A DNA stretch of 64,000 bases, from positions 808-64,807 of the forward strand of contig CAIRHB010000002.1 of the NCBI GenBank assembly GCA_903878285.1, written 5' to 3'. The notes beneath the pieces are model-generated. The model saw only the letters and a program-made list of their open reading frames with translations, was not told where the DNA came from and made no database searches. Below are positions 29,528 to 39,967 of this stretch, in pieces (position 1 is the first letter of the stretch; every line of letters begins with the position of its first letter). The DNA comes from Candidatus Adlerbacteria bacterium. Lineage in GTDB: Bacteria; Patescibacteriota; Minisyncoccia; Phycocordibacterales; SBAW01. A program made the position numbers and the translations under genes.

Positions 29528-30205
29528 TCACATCCCAATCGACTCCAGAAGTGTGCGGAGTTCGGTCGATTGGATCGGGCGGTACTCGCCGGGGCGGAGG
29601 TTGCCGAGGGTAATGTTCATCACGCGGACGCGCTTGAGGTCGGCGACGTTAGCACCGAGCACCTCGCACATCCGGCGGATTTGGTGCTTCTTCCCCTCGG
29701 TGAGAATAATAGCGAACGAGCGCGAGCCGCGAACCTCGACCTCGCAGGGCTTCGTGACATAGTCGCCAATGTCGACGCCGCAGGACATCCGCTCGGCAAA
29801 GTGCTGCGGGAGCGCGCGGCGCGTCGTCACCTCGTACTCTTTCTCGTGCGCGTACTTGGGGTTGAGCAGCGGGTCGGTGATGCGCCCATCGTCGGTGAGG
29901 AGAATCAGCCCGTAGGAATCTTTATCGAGCCGCCCCAGCGGGAAGACACCTTGTATCGGCAGGATGTCCTCGATAGACTCCTCATCGCCCTGCGGCGAGT
30001 GCGTGATGATGCCGCGCGGCTTGTGGTAGGCAAAGTAGCGATACTTCCGCGGGCGGAAGGTCACCTCGACGACATCCTGCTCGCCCACTTGGTCGCCGAG
30101 CTTTGCCACAGCGCCGTTGATGGTCACGCGCTGTTTGATGATCATCTCGTCTGCCTCGCGCCGCGTGCAGTACTTTTGCATCGCGAGATATTTGTTGATG
30201 CGCAT
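29528..30205 (-). CDS. rRNA pseudouridine synthase (RsuA/RluB/RluF family)
   Basis: S4 domain RINKYLA..RREADE; GRLDKDS; EGKKHQIRRM. Confidence 0.92.
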   Translation of the reverse strand: MRINKYLAMQKYCTRREADEMIIKQRVTINGAVAKLGDQVGEQDVVEVTFRPRKYRYFAYHKPRGIITHSPQGDEESIEDILPIQGVFPLGRLDKDSYGLILLTDDGRITDPLLNPKYAHEKEYEVTTRRALPQHFAERMSCGVDIGDYVTKPCEVEVRGSRSFAIILTEGKKHQIRRMCEVLGANVADLKRVRVMNITLGNLRPGEYRPIQSTELRTLLESIGM

Positions 30206-30261
30206 GGCGTAGGTATACCACAGTTCTGCGATTTGCTGGAATGCCCGAACATGGTGCTGTA

Positions 30262-30304
30262 TAAAAAAATGAGGCGGCTTACATTACTTCGTAAGCCGTC
30301 CCTC
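30262..30304 (-). terminator. Intrinsic terminator
   Basis: GGCTTAC/GTAAGCC stem followed by T7 on the minus strand. Confidence 0.7.
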
Positions 30305-30332
30305 ACGAACGTCTCTTCCCTGTTACGCACGA

Positions 30333-30500
30333 CTAATGCTTGAAAGGTCCTGCCGCCTCGTCGACGGCGTCATCGCCAGTGAGCGGGTTATCTTTCTCAT
30401 CCCCGCGCCCATCAGCGGTCAACTGCTGGGCTGCCTCCCTTCGGGCAGCAAGGTCAGGCAGATAGGTCGTAACCACTGTGTCTTGATTAAGAACAGTCAT
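30333..30500 (-). CDS. 55-aa small acidic protein
   Basis: TTGACA-17-TAGTAT promoter (30581-30553), AGAGGAG RBS, downstream terminator. Confidence 0.6.
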   Translation of the reverse strand: MTVLNQDTVVTTYLPDLAARREAAQQLTADGRGDEKDNPLTGDDAVDEAAGPFKH

Positions 30501-30901
30501 ATTCCAGACTCCTCTTGCAACTTTGTTGACATCGACCCCCGACGCCGAGTGCATACTAGGATGGATAGTGCTCTGTGTCAACCTGCCGAGAAAAACAGAA
30601 ACGCCCAAGACAGGACGAGACTGCTTGGACGTGCTTCATTTGCTCCCCGCTCCACACTGACACACATCACCAGAAGAAATTGGATAGCATGTACATGTGG
30701 GCAAGATTCTTATACGAATTGGATGCTCAACAAATAGAGCATCGGGCAGGTATGGCGTATATGGACATACTTGAGACCTCATCAACCCACTCCTTGTGCT
30801 GTTTCAACTTCTACCAATACCACATACGGGCAGATAGCACAAATAGGTGCAAATGCTATACTTGAGATATACACGCATTAGCAGCTTATATTTCTTATTG
30901 T

Positions 30902-31624
30902 ATGAATGAACAGACTTCTTCCCGCTCCCCAGTGATTATCGGCATCGCACTTATCGTAAGCGCGGCAGTGTTTGGCATCTTCTACTACAGCGCGCAGCAG
31001 ACAGGCAGCCGCGACACTCTGTCGGTCACTGGCTCTGCCAAAACGCATGTTACTTCCGACCAGGCAAAGCTCGTGATTGGGCTCATGCGCATCGTCTCGA
31101 CCGACAGTTTGTCTACTGGATATGCAGAAGTAGCCCATGACCTCGCGCTCACCCGCGCACTGCTCAAGGCCGCGGGCGTCGACGACGCCGACGTGGTCGA
31201 GAGCCCCGTGTCGATGAACCAGCAGTACGATCAAAACTCCGGCCCCACGCGCTATCAGCTGAGCCAAACCGTCACGGTGCAGTCGAGCGACGTCGCGAAG
31301 GTGACCGACATCTCAAAAAAGGTGCCGACGCTCGCAGCACAGGGCGCGATTGTCTCTGTCCAATCGCTCGAGTACTACTACTCCAAACTGCCCGACCTGC
31401 GCGTGTCACTCTTGACTGACGCAGTCAAAGACGCCAAAGCGCGCGCAGAGAAGATCGCCGAAGGCACCGGCGGACACGTCGGCAGCGTCTCGGCAGCATC
31501 AAGCGGCGTGGTGCAGGTCTTGCCACCCAACTCGGTCGACGTCTCCGACTATGGCAACTACGACACCTCAAGTATCGACAAAGACGTGATGGTCACCGTC
31601 AAAGCCTCGTTCCGACTGCAGTAA
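30902..31624 (+). CDS. SIMPL (DUF541) domain protein
   Basis: N-terminal TM, LSVTGSA, AVKDAKARAEKIA. Confidence 0.85.
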   Translation: MNEQTSSRSPVIIGIALIVSAAVFGIFYYSAQQTGSRDTLSVTGSAKTHVTSDQAKLVIGLMRIVSTDSLSTGYAEVAHDLALTRALLKAAGVDDADVVESPVSMNQQYDQNSGPTRYQLSQTVTVQSSDVAKVTDISKKVPTLAAQGAIVSVQSLEYYYSKLPDLRVSLLTDAVKDAKARAEKIAEGTGGHVGSVSAASSGVVQVLPPNSVDVSDYGNYDTSSIDKDVMVTVKASFRLQ

Positions 31625-31679
31625 AGACAACGCTACCTAATCACAACCATTCTGTCCGTACAGATACGCCTATCGCTAT

Positions 31680-32255
31680 ATGAAAAAACTGATACTCGCC
31701 TCCACCTCACCGCGCAGGAAGGAGATTTTGGAGAAGACGCGGCTTGCATTCGAGGTGCAGGAGAGCAACTACGAAGAGGATATGACGCTCGATATGCCGC
31801 CCGAGGAGCTAGTTGAGTTTCTCTCCCAAGGCAAGGCACGCGCGGTCGTTGCCGCAAACCCGAACGCGATCATCATCGCGGCGGATACCTTTGTCGTCCA
31901 CCAGCACCACCGGCTCGGCAAGCCAAAAACAGCCGAGCGCGCACGCGAGATGCTGCAGATGCTCAGCGGCACAGTGCATGAGCTGATTACGGGCGTGACG
32001 ATTATCGACACCGACAGTGGGCGCGAGCGCACCTTCCATGAGTCTACCCGCGTGCACATGGCAGATTTGTCGCCAGAAATTATCGACGCATACATAGCAA
32101 GTGGCGAGCCGCTCGACCGCGCTGGCGCGTATGCACTGCAAGAACTCGGCGCACTCCTTGTCGAAAAAATCGACGGCGACTTTTTTACCGCCATGGGTCT
32201 CCCCCTTCGCCGCCTTGCAGAGGAGCTGGAAGCGTTTGGCGTGCGGGTGTTGTAG
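31680..32255 (+). CDS. maf: Maf family nucleotide pyrophosphatase
   Basis: ILASTSPRRKEIL, AADT, LGKP, AGAY, GLP. Confidence 0.93.
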   Translation: MKKLILASTSPRRKEILEKTRLAFEVQESNYEEDMTLDMPPEELVEFLSQGKARAVVAANPNAIIIAADTFVVHQHHRLGKPKTAERAREMLQMLSGTVHELITGVTIIDTDSGRERTFHESTRVHMADLSPEIIDAYIASGEPLDRAGAYALQELGALLVEKIDGDFFTAMGLPLRRLAEELEAFGVRVL

Positions 32256-32320
32256 TATTTGTGCACAAAAGCGACCCACCGAAGTGGGCCGCCATCTTGT
32301 TTGCCTGAACATCGCCGCCG

Positions 32321-33115
32321 TTAGACGCTGTTGATTTGAAACGATGCGCCGAGCGGTTTCGTTCCCTCGTATTGCGCATTACCAGAGGCGACCAGTACTT
32401 GACCTTCCAAATGCGGAAATACGATGGAATAGCAGAGACGTTCAATGAAGAGGCGTATCCACTGCGAAGTCGTAACCCGCCACCTGCCATGGAAGCGCCC
32501 GAACTGATGAAAGAGTGTGTTCATGTCAGCACCTTCGTCCATCCGCTCCTTGAACAAGATACCTTGGAGGGATGAATCCTCGGAACGACCAGGAGACAGG
32601 AGCCATTGCGCTGTCGGCAGAATAATATCGCTGCCGAAAGCACCAACAGAAACACCGGCTCGCAACCGCGGGAATATCTCGCAATAAATCTCCGTCGTTG
32701 AGGTATGCAAATAGGGGTCGAGATGAACGACCAGGAACAGGTCGACATCGAACCCATATTCCACAGGAAATCCAGGAAGTTTTGCCTCGATCCATGCATG
32801 CACGAAGTCGATGAAGTATTGCGCTGCCGAGACGATAGGCGCACGCTCGATAGCATCCGCTGCGCCAGTGCCTCCAGGCATGCTGCGCATGATTGCCGCA
32901 TGTTCGGCAATGGAGTGTCGCACATGATATTGGAGCTGCTCCCAAGTGATACGCCACCATGGGTTAGAGCTGGCGAAAAACGGAAGCACCACCGGCTCCT
33001 TGGCGAGCAGACGAGACTTCTTGAAACCTCGCAGAGAAAACCTAGAATAGAACAAGTTGTTGAATTGTGCCACGGCACTCTCCCTTACATATTGCCCTTT
33101 TCCTATAAAGAGCAA
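32321..33115 (-). CDS. Hypothetical protein (start uncertain)
   Basis: 264-aa ORF filling the gap, with a hairpin at ~32270-32293 downstream. Confidence 0.5.
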   Translation of the reverse strand: MLFIGKGQYVRESAVAQFNNLFYSRFSLRGFKKSRLLAKEPVVLPFFASSNPWWRITWEQLQYHVRHSIAEHAAIMRSMPGGTGAADAIERAPIVSAAQYFIDFVHAWIEAKLPGFPVEYGFDVDLFLVVHLDPYLHTSTTEIYCEIFPRLRAGVSVGAFGSDIILPTAQWLLSPGRSEDSSLQGILFKERMDEGADMNTLFHQFGRFHGRWRVTTSQWIRLFIERLCYSIVFPHLEGQVLVASGNAQYEGTKPLGASFQINSV

Positions 33116-33171
33116 TGGTTAAGCCTGAAAGCAGGTTACCATCAACAATAACTCTCGTCAAAGAAAAAGAG

Positions 33172-35982
33172 TCACAACCCGCCTTGTGCGAGTGTTGCGG
33201 GAGATTGGGCGGAGGAGGAGAGGCCGCTCGCGATCTCGGACTCGATGTCGGCGCGGGGGCGGCCGTAGCGCAGGTAGGACATCTGCCGCATCTGGTCGGC
33301 GAACTCTTGTGTCCCCGCAGGGAATGGGAGCGTCTCGATATTAAACGGCTGCGACGGCTTGCCATTGACCAACATCTTGAGGTAGGCATTGCGGTTGTCG
33401 ACGTTCATCAGGTCGCGCGCGCTAAAGGTTGGCGCAAACTGCTTCTCCAGCTGCTCGGCGTCGGCAGCGCCGATGCGGAACGCACAGATCGAGCCCACGT
33501 TGCCAAACACCGCGTCGCGGATCTCGTCGGTGAGCTGCGCGATAAACTGGTGCGCAACGGTGAGCGACAGCTTGTACTTGCGCGCCTCGGAGAGAATGGT
33601 CGCGATCGACGGCGTCGTGACGTTTTGGAACTCGTCGATGTGGAGATAAAACACGGGCAGCTCCTTCCCCACCGAGTCGGCACGCGACAACGCCGCGATG
33701 AGGAACTTGCCGACGATAATGAGCCCCAGCAGGTTGGCATTGATCTCGCCGATGCGACCCTTTGCCAAGTTGACGAGCAGAATCTTTTTCGTGTCCATAA
33801 TCTCGCGGAAGTTGAACGACGAGTGCTGCTGCGCGATGATGGGGCGCATGATCTCGTTGGTCGTAAAGATATCGAACTTGTTGGTCACATACGGGGCATA
33901 ATTTTCCAAGCCCTGCTCGCCAGTCGTCTTCATTGCGATATCCTCCCAAAAGCGTTTGACGATTGGGTTCTTACACGCCGCGAGTTTTTGCAAGCGGAAG
34001 GACTCGTCGCTAAAGACGCGCGTAATGTCGAGTAATGTGTTGCCCGACGCGGGATCCTCCATCACCAAGAGCGCCGAGTTGCGGAAGTATTGCTCGAACG
34101 CGGGGCCCATGCTCTCGGGCGAGTTGCCGAAGAGTTTCTTGAATATGCCAAAGAGCTCATCCACCACGAGCGTCTTTTGCTCGGGGCGCGAGGCATCGTA
34201 CTCGAGCATGTTGAGCGCCATCGGCCGCTCGGTCGCACCCGGGTCGAAGTAGATCACGTCTGCCATCCGCTCGGGCGGCACCGCTGAGAGCACGTCGAGC
34301 ACGTCGCTGCCGTGTGGGTCGATCATACACACGCCCGCGCCCGATTTAATGTCCTGGATAATCACATTTTTGAGCAAGGTCGATTTACCCGTGCCGGTCT
34401 GACCGATGACGTAGAGGTGGCGCAGACGATCCTCGGGCATGATGCGCACCTCGCGCGTCTCGCCGCGGAAGCGGCTTACGCCGAGTATTGCGCCCTCGCT
34501 TGGCAGGTCGCTCGGGGGCGCTGCGGCAGCACTCTTTTCCTGCCGGAGATCGGGCGCTGCAAACTTGCTACTCGTGCCTGGCAGATGTGCGATGGTCGCG
34601 AGCTCCTGTGTCGACAGCGGCATCGCGTGCTCGGGCTCAAAGAGCCGGTAGGAAAACTGATACGCAAAGGTCTTGACGCGGCGATGATGCACAGGGATGA
34701 ATGTAAGGCTGTTGCCCGCTGTGTCGGCAAACTGCTGAAAGGGTCCCTCGAGCTCCTGGAGGATATCCTCGGCGCGCTGGCGGGTCGCGGCGGATGCGAC
34801 CACACGCATCGTTGTATGGACAATTGGGCTTGCGATCTTGCTCTCGATATTTTTAAGCCGCGGGTCGTCGGGCTGGAGGCGCTTGTCCTGCTCGACCTTC
34901 TCGGGTGGCGAGAAGGATTCGACCACCTCACGCACAAAGCGCATGAAGCCGGTCTTAACGTTCGTCGCGTGATGCAGCTCGACGCCTGAGGGCACCTCTC
35001 CGAGCGCAGTGCGGTAGTGCTTGAGAAGCCCACGGTCATAGGGCGAGACAACAAACTGCACCGCCGCGCCCTCGCCTGCCCGCTCTAATTTTGAAAACGC
35101 GTTGAGCAGCACATCGAGCGGGTCGTTGGGAAACTGCTCGAAGAGCCGCAACGCATAGATCGGGCGCTCCGCTTGTGTCACATACGCGGCAGCAACCTCG
35201 CCGCCAGGTGCGAAGATGTTGTAATCATCACGGCGCTCGGTGAGCCGCGCAGTCGGATATAATCCCGACAGTAATTTTTCAAACAACACGCGCCGCCAAT
35301 ACGGCACCGCAACATAGAGCGCCGTGTGCGACTTGCCCGCAGGGTTGGCTATTTCGAACGAGAAATATTCGCCCTTCTTTGCATCCATCTGGAGCATGCC
35401 GCGGTAGAGCTGCTCCATCAGCTGGACAAAGTCGTGCACCGCCTTGGCTGCATCGGCGGGCTTGTCCTTGTCAGACTCGGTACCGGGGAAGGTAATTTCA
35501 TAGAGCACGAGCGAGAGCGGAGTACGACACTTTTTTTCCTGCGAACCTTTTGCAGGCAGCCCCTCGCGCACCCACTCGACCAAGACACGATGGAAGTCGT
35601 CGATCAGGTGCGGATTGCCCGTCTGCTCGGCGGCGGCGATCGCCCGCGACACGCCGCGCTCTTGCAGCACGCCGATGATGCCACCCATCAGATCATCGTG
35701 CGCCTCGGGAGCCAATTGCAGGGTGATTGCCTCTGGCTGTGCCACTGCCGCACGCGGATTCTCGGGGCTTGGTGCCGGCACCCCCGCGGCCTTTTGCCAG
35801 TGCTCGGCAACCGCCACGTGCGCAGCATCACGCTGACTTGGTGCTTTCTCCCCTGCTGCGCCAACTGTGCCGCGTGCATCTTCCATCTGCAGCTGCTTCT
35901 CTAGCTGTGCCGCACGCGCGCGCAGTTGCTCCAACTCCGCCCGCGCCTCCGGCCCCACCATCCGCCCTTCGATACTGTTCAT
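33172..35982 (-). CDS. VirB4/TraG/HerA-like P-loop ATPase (type IV coupling-protein-like)
   Basis: HLYVIGQTGTGKST, IDPHG, IDEFQ, SEARKY, AHQFIAQL. Confidence 0.88.
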   Translation of the reverse strand: MNSIEGRMVGPEARAELEQLRARAAQLEKQLQMEDARGTVGAAGEKAPSQRDAAHVAVAEHWQKAAGVPAPSPENPRAAVAQPEAITLQLAPEAHDDLMGGIIGVLQERGVSRAIAAAEQTGNPHLIDDFHRVLVEWVREGLPAKGSQEKKCRTPLSLVLYEITFPGTESDKDKPADAAKAVHDFVQLMEQLYRGMLQMDAKKGEYFSFEIANPAGKSHTALYVAVPYWRRVLFEKLLSGLYPTARLTERRDDYNIFAPGGEVAAAYVTQAERPIYALRLFEQFPNDPLDVLLNAFSKLERAGEGAAVQFVVSPYDRGLLKHYRTALGEVPSGVELHHATNVKTGFMRFVREVVESFSPPEKVEQDKRLQPDDPRLKNIESKIASPIVHTTMRVVASAATRQRAEDILQELEGPFQQFADTAGNSLTFIPVHHRRVKTFAYQFSYRLFEPEHAMPLSTQELATIAHLPGTSSKFAAPDLRQEKSAAAAPPSDLPSEGAILGVSRFRGETREVRIMPEDRLRHLYVIGQTGTGKSTLLKNVIIQDIKSGAGVCMIDPHGSDVLDVLSAVPPERMADVIYFDPGATERPMALNMLEYDASRPEQKTLVVDELFGIFKKLFGNSPESMGPAFEQYFRNSALLVMEDPASGNTLLDITRVFSDESFRLQKLAACKNPIVKRFWEDIAMKTTGEQGLENYAPYVTNKFDIFTTNEIMRPIIAQQHSSFNFREIMDTKKILLVNLAKGRIGEINANLLGLIIVGKFLIAALSRADSVGKELPVFYLHIDEFQNVTTPSIATILSEARKYKLSLTVAHQFIAQLTDEIRDAVFGNVGSICAFRIGAADAEQLEKQFAPTFSARDLMNVDNRNAYLKMLVNGKPSQPFNIETLPFPAGTQEFADQMRQMSYLRYGRPRADIESEIASGLSSSAQSPATLAQGGL

Positions 35983-36018
35983 ACTCTACAGTATAGCGCA
36001 TCTTTTCCGCCCCAACTT

Positions 36019-36966
36019 CTAATTTGATTGCCCCACTACCTTATCATAGAGATATACATTATGACGATCTTTTGCTGTTGGTGGGCAGCGAGGATATGCT
36101 TCACACGTACTGTTGTAAATCAACACACGGAACGAAGCAGGATCTGCTCCAGAAATAATGTTTGATCCTGACCACACGTGGTTTTTGTCTTTTTCATAAA
36201 CATCAGAAAGAAGGGTGTACGATTCTGGGTCAGCGTCAGGAATCACGCTACCTTGAAAATATACAGCTTGAGTATCTGTTGCATACAGAGTCGACCAAGC
36301 TGTGGATACATTCTTGTTCTGCGGCATAACTGCAAACGAAGGCGCATCTGCGCCAACAATCTCGTTACACGAAAACCACACATGACGCGCATCCTTCGCA
36401 TACTGATTTTGATTTGGAAGTAGCATAAACGTGGTTGGATCAGCGCCTTGCAGTACATCACCGCCCTGTAGCATAATGCCTCCACAATAGACACGATCTG
36501 TATCAATCGAATACAAACCGATACTGTTAGTGTCGTTTATCAGTTTTTTGTAGCTTGACGCATCAACCCCAGTACCAAACAAGACAGGTGAAGATATGCC
36601 GCGAGTAAAGACGTACATCTCTGCTCGCACAAAGGGTACGGCGACCAAGAACAACGCAAGCGCCACAATACTGGAAGACCAGTAGCGTTTACTCTGATAC
36701 AAGAAGTACGTCGCGAGAAAATTCAGTACAAAAACAATGAACAACTCAAGCAGCGGTGCACTGTATGTCCAGAGTATGTACCCAAAGGCGGGAAAAATAA
36801 AAAGAAAAGATAATAGAGGAGAGGCATTAGGAGCCCCAGCGCCATCTGCCACACCAAATAAAGCTCCCAGGAACACGAGCAGCGCTGTTGGTATAAGCGC
36901 TATGGTCGTAACAACCACACACGCCATTGTGAGATAATACAAACTACGTGCTAGTGTTTCTTTCAT
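36019..36966 (-). CDS. DKNYY-repeat membrane protein
   Basis: Three TM then repeated GADP.SF / YAKD..HVW units. Confidence 0.85.
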   Translation of the reverse strand: MKETLARSLYYLTMACVVVTTIALIPTALLVFLGALFGVADGAGAPNASPLLSFLFIFPAFGYILWTYSAPLLELFIVFVLNFLATYFLYQSKRYWSSSIVALALFLVAVPFVRAEMYVFTRGISSPVLFGTGVDASSYKKLINDTNSIGLYSIDTDRVYCGGIMLQGGDVLQGADPTTFMLLPNQNQYAKDARHVWFSCNEIVGADAPSFAVMPQNKNVSTAWSTLYATDTQAVYFQGSVIPDADPESYTLLSDVYEKDKNHVWSGSNIISGADPASFRVLIYNSTCEAYPRCPPTAKDRHNVYLYDKVVGQSN

Positions 36967-37059
36967 ATACCGACTAGAGATAGGTAACCGAAATTATTGT
37001 ACCAGAACCCCACCGCTCGCCCTTCGATGTTGTTCATATTAGTAGTATACTATAACACT

Positions 37060-37596
37060 ATGAGCACACAGGAGCGAGCAAGTCGTGCGAATACTGGCTT
37101 TACACTCATCGAGTTGTTGGTCGTCATTTCGATTATCGGACTCCTCGCGAGTATCATCCTCGCGTCGCTTACCTCGGCAAGAGGTAAGGCGAGAGACGCC
37201 GCTATAAAATCAGAGACTGGACAGATGCAAACACTGGAGGAGGAGAATGCGAATGATTATGGCAATTATACAAACCTACAGCCTGCCATAGCAGCGGGTG
37301 GTTGGTGGATGATGACCAACACACCAACCTGTGCAGCATACATCACTGCAGGAAACTATGCAACACAAGCACAGCAAGTGTGTAACAATATTATAAGTCT
37401 GGAAGGCAACCCAAGTAGTGGTAATTACTTCTTTCTAGGGAATCTAGGGCTCAGCAGTTGCACTGCGTATAATCCTCAAAAGTATTCGATGATTATCTGG
37501 CTCCCAAACCAAGCCACTTGGTGGTGCGCAGGGAGTGATGGCGTAGGAACCGACTCAGGGTCTGGTAATACACCAGGGTGTTACTGTAATCCTTAA
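37060..37596 (+). CDS. Type IV pilin
   Basis: G|FTLIELLVVISIIGLLASIILASL class III signal; C-terminal Cys. Confidence 0.92.
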   Translation: MSTQERASRANTGFTLIELLVVISIIGLLASIILASLTSARGKARDAAIKSETGQMQTLEEENANDYGNYTNLQPAIAAGGWWMMTNTPTCAAYITAGNYATQAQQVCNNIISLEGNPSSGNYFFLGNLGLSSCTAYNPQKYSMIIWLPNQATWWCAGSDGVGTDSGSGNTPGCYCNP

Positions 37597-37613
37597 AAAT
37601 CACAGCTCAACGA

Positions 37614-38444
37614 TTACTCTTTCGGTAGTGAGTACGTGAGTTTGCCATCCATGTCGATACCAAAGGTGATGCCGAGCGGGTCGGCGGGGGTTTCGGTGAG
37701 GATGCCCGCAGTGACAAGACTGTCGAGCGTTTTTGGATACACACCGTAGTGCTTTTTATAGAGCGCGATTGCTTGGTCGAGCACATCCATGATGTCGATA
37801 TGCTCAACGGCATTCTTTGCCTGTTGTCGCACCACATCGTCTTTGGAGTTGTCGTAAATCGCTGTCCAAATTGCTTTTGTCTTCTCGCGCAGGTCGGTGC
37901 GCGCGCCATAGTTGAGCGCCGAGATACGCACACCGTCGGGCACGCCGGGCGTAGTGGCGGTTGTGGTCATGTACAGCTGCGCATCTTGCTCATCCTTCAG
38001 CGACAAGTGGTAGGTCATCGCGAGATAAAACGGGATATGCCAATCAGCAAGACGCTGCGCCACACCCGCCTTCCCTATCGCGAGAGCATTTTGAAGCTCG
38101 TCTTGGTCCATCATTGGGATCATCAAAACACCGAACGCGTAGGGGTAGCTCCACTTGGGGTCGAGCGCGTTAATCGTCTGGATATTATTTGCCAGCCCAA
38201 GGAACGAGCCTTGCGTGCCGATGTTTTGTATCACCCCGAGCCACAAGAGCGACGCAGTCGCGGTGTGGAGCCCCAAGTCTGCTATCTGCAGCATCGTTGG
38301 CGAGTAGTAGGTAAAGATCTGCGCCGACTTTTTTGGCTGATGCGCATCACTCTGCAGCTGTGCGCCGATAATCCCCGCAAGCAGCGCTACTGCGAGTATC
38401 CACCAAACCAGTATTGTATACGGCCGTCGCATAGCATGCTGCAT
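37614..38444 (-). CDS. Membrane-anchored TPR-like protein with GspG-like C-terminus (pilus accessory)
   Basis: N-terminal TM; YKKHYGVYPKTLDSLV..PADPLG; in operon with ABC genes. Confidence 0.65.
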   Translation of the reverse strand: MQHAMRRPYTILVWWILAVALLAGIIGAQLQSDAHQPKKSAQIFTYYSPTMLQIADLGLHTATASLLWLGVIQNIGTQGSFLGLANNIQTINALDPKWSYPYAFGVLMIPMMDQDELQNALAIGKAGVAQRLADWHIPFYLAMTYHLSLKDEQDAQLYMTTTATTPGVPDGVRISALNYGARTDLREKTKAIWTAIYDNSKDDVVRQQAKNAVEHIDIMDVLDQAIALYKKHYGVYPKTLDSLVTAGILTETPADPLGITFGIDMDGKLTYSLPKE

Positions 38445-38446
38445 GA

Positions 38447-39220
38447 TTAGAGTTCGCGCTTCGCCAACAGTCTCGAAGAAAGCCACAACAAAAGCCCCGT
38501 GTACAAGAGCGCATACACCATCACCCACACGACCCCAAACAGTGTTGGTGCGCTGCTGTAGATTATCGTGTCGCGGATAGCAAACTTATCGAGGTTGGGT
38601 AGGACGTAGTACAGCGCTTTTGATACATACACGAGGAAGCCGCCACTGCGTGCCGCATACGAGACGAGCAACCCGAGCGAGTGCCCCACATAGAGAAAAA
38701 TGATGGCATAGATAATCGATGCGAGCGGGCGCGAAAAGGTGGAGAAGAATATCGTCAACGCGGTCAAGAGCGCCAGCTCGAGCAACTCATACCACACCGC
38801 AAGTATCGCAAGCGCATCAAACCCGCCACCCTCATACCACACCACCCCGAGATACACCGCCAGCATACCCGCCAAAGACACCCCGATGCTCGCAAGAAGC
38901 CCCGCAAATTTGCCGACGACCAGCTCGCCACGCGCAATAGGCTTGGAGAGGATAAAGTATAGCGTCCGGCGCTCGAGCTCTTTGTATATGAGCGACACCC
39001 CGAGGAAGATGGTGCTGAGCAAGCCAAAGAGGTAGATGCAGGCAAGCCCGATGCTGCGGATGATGTGTATGTTCTCGCCCAGCGAGATGGAACCCAGAAA
39101 GATAGTAAACGTGATAAACACAAACGCGAACGCCACGATACCGTAGAATATCTTGTCGCGCACGCCTTCTTTAAACGTATTCTTCGCGATCGCGTAGCTG
39201 TGTTTTAGAAACGTGGTCAT
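38447..39220 (-). CDS. ABC-2 type permease (PilI-like)
   Basis: IAKNTFKEGVRDK, ELERRTLYFILSKPI..GKF. Confidence 0.88.
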   Translation of the reverse strand: MTTFLKHSYAIAKNTFKEGVRDKIFYGIVAFAFVFITFTIFLGSISLGENIHIIRSIGLACIYLFGLLSTIFLGVSLIYKELERRTLYFILSKPIARGELVVGKFAGLLASIGVSLAGMLAVYLGVVWYEGGGFDALAILAVWYELLELALLTALTIFFSTFSRPLASIIYAIIFLYVGHSLGLLVSYAARSGGFLVYVSKALYYVLPNLDKFAIRDTIIYSSAPTLFGVVWVMVYALLYTGLLLWLSSRLLAKREL

Positions 39221-39232
39221 AGTGTGTATGTA

Positions 39233-39967
39233 TTACTGAGTATCGTCTTGCGCATCTTCTGCGTCAGTGAGCGACTCGATCGCCGCGACGAACTGCTCCT
39301 CCAGCGACTTGCCACGCGTAAACTCGTTGATAGGACCGCTAAAGAGTAGCGACCCTTGGTGCAGAATGCCAATCTCATCGCACAACTCTTCGGTATCAAA
39401 CAAAATGTGCGAGTTAAAGAAAATAGTCTTGCCGGCGCGCTTCAGCTCGCCGATGATGACCTTGAGTGCGCGACGACCGATAGGGTCGAGACCGTCCAGC
39501 GGCTCGTCGAGGAATATGTATTCGGGATCATTAACGAGCGCCTGCGCAAAACCCAAGCGCTGCTTCATCCCCTTGGAGTAGGTCGTTATCTTTTGGTTGC
39601 GTGCCTCAAAGATGCCCACTTTTTTGAGCAACTCGTCGATTTCATCCTGACTCGCACGATGTTTGGTAAATAACTCGCTGCAAAAGGTGAGAAACTCAAG
39701 CCCCGTGAGATGCTCGTAGAAGTACGGCGCCTCGGGCATAAAGCCAATCTGCTCGCGGGCGCTCGCCTCGCTCGGCGCCTTGCCATCGATCGTAACCGCA
39801 CCCGCATCCGGCTTGTTGAGCCCGACCAGCATCTTGATGGTTGTTGTCTTGCCAGCGCCGTTGGGGCCCAAAAAACCAAACACCGTACCCTTTTTGATAC
39901 GCAGGTTGAGCCCGTCGACCACCACACGCCCGTTGATTTCTTTTGTGACATCAGCAACCGAAATCAT
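39233..39967 (-). CDS. ABC transporter ATP-binding protein (PilH-like)
   Basis: GPNGAGKTT, YSKGMKQR, LDEP, NSH. Confidence 0.93.
   Translation of the reverse strand: MISVADVTKEINGRVVVDGLNLRIKKGTVFGFLGPNGAGKTTTIKMLVGLNKPDAGAVTIDGKAPSEASAREQIGFMPEAPYFYEHLTGLEFLTFCSELFTKHRASQDEIDELLKKVGIFEARNQKITTYSKGMKQRLGFAQALVNDPEYIFLDEPLDGLDPIGRRALKVIIGELKRAGKTIFFNSHILFDTEELCDEIGILHQGSLLFSGPINEFTRGKSLEEQFVAAIESLTDAEDAQDDTQ

Noticed and set aside
29411-30343. 310-aa plus-strand ORF
   Set aside because: Antisense shadow of the pseudouridine synthase and tRNA.
33115-34989. Long plus-strand ORFs (306 aa, 225 aa)
   Set aside because: Shadows of the GC-rich VirB4-like gene.
33172-35982. Conjugative element
   Set aside because: A lone ATPase without relaxase or T4SS genes, in core-genome context.
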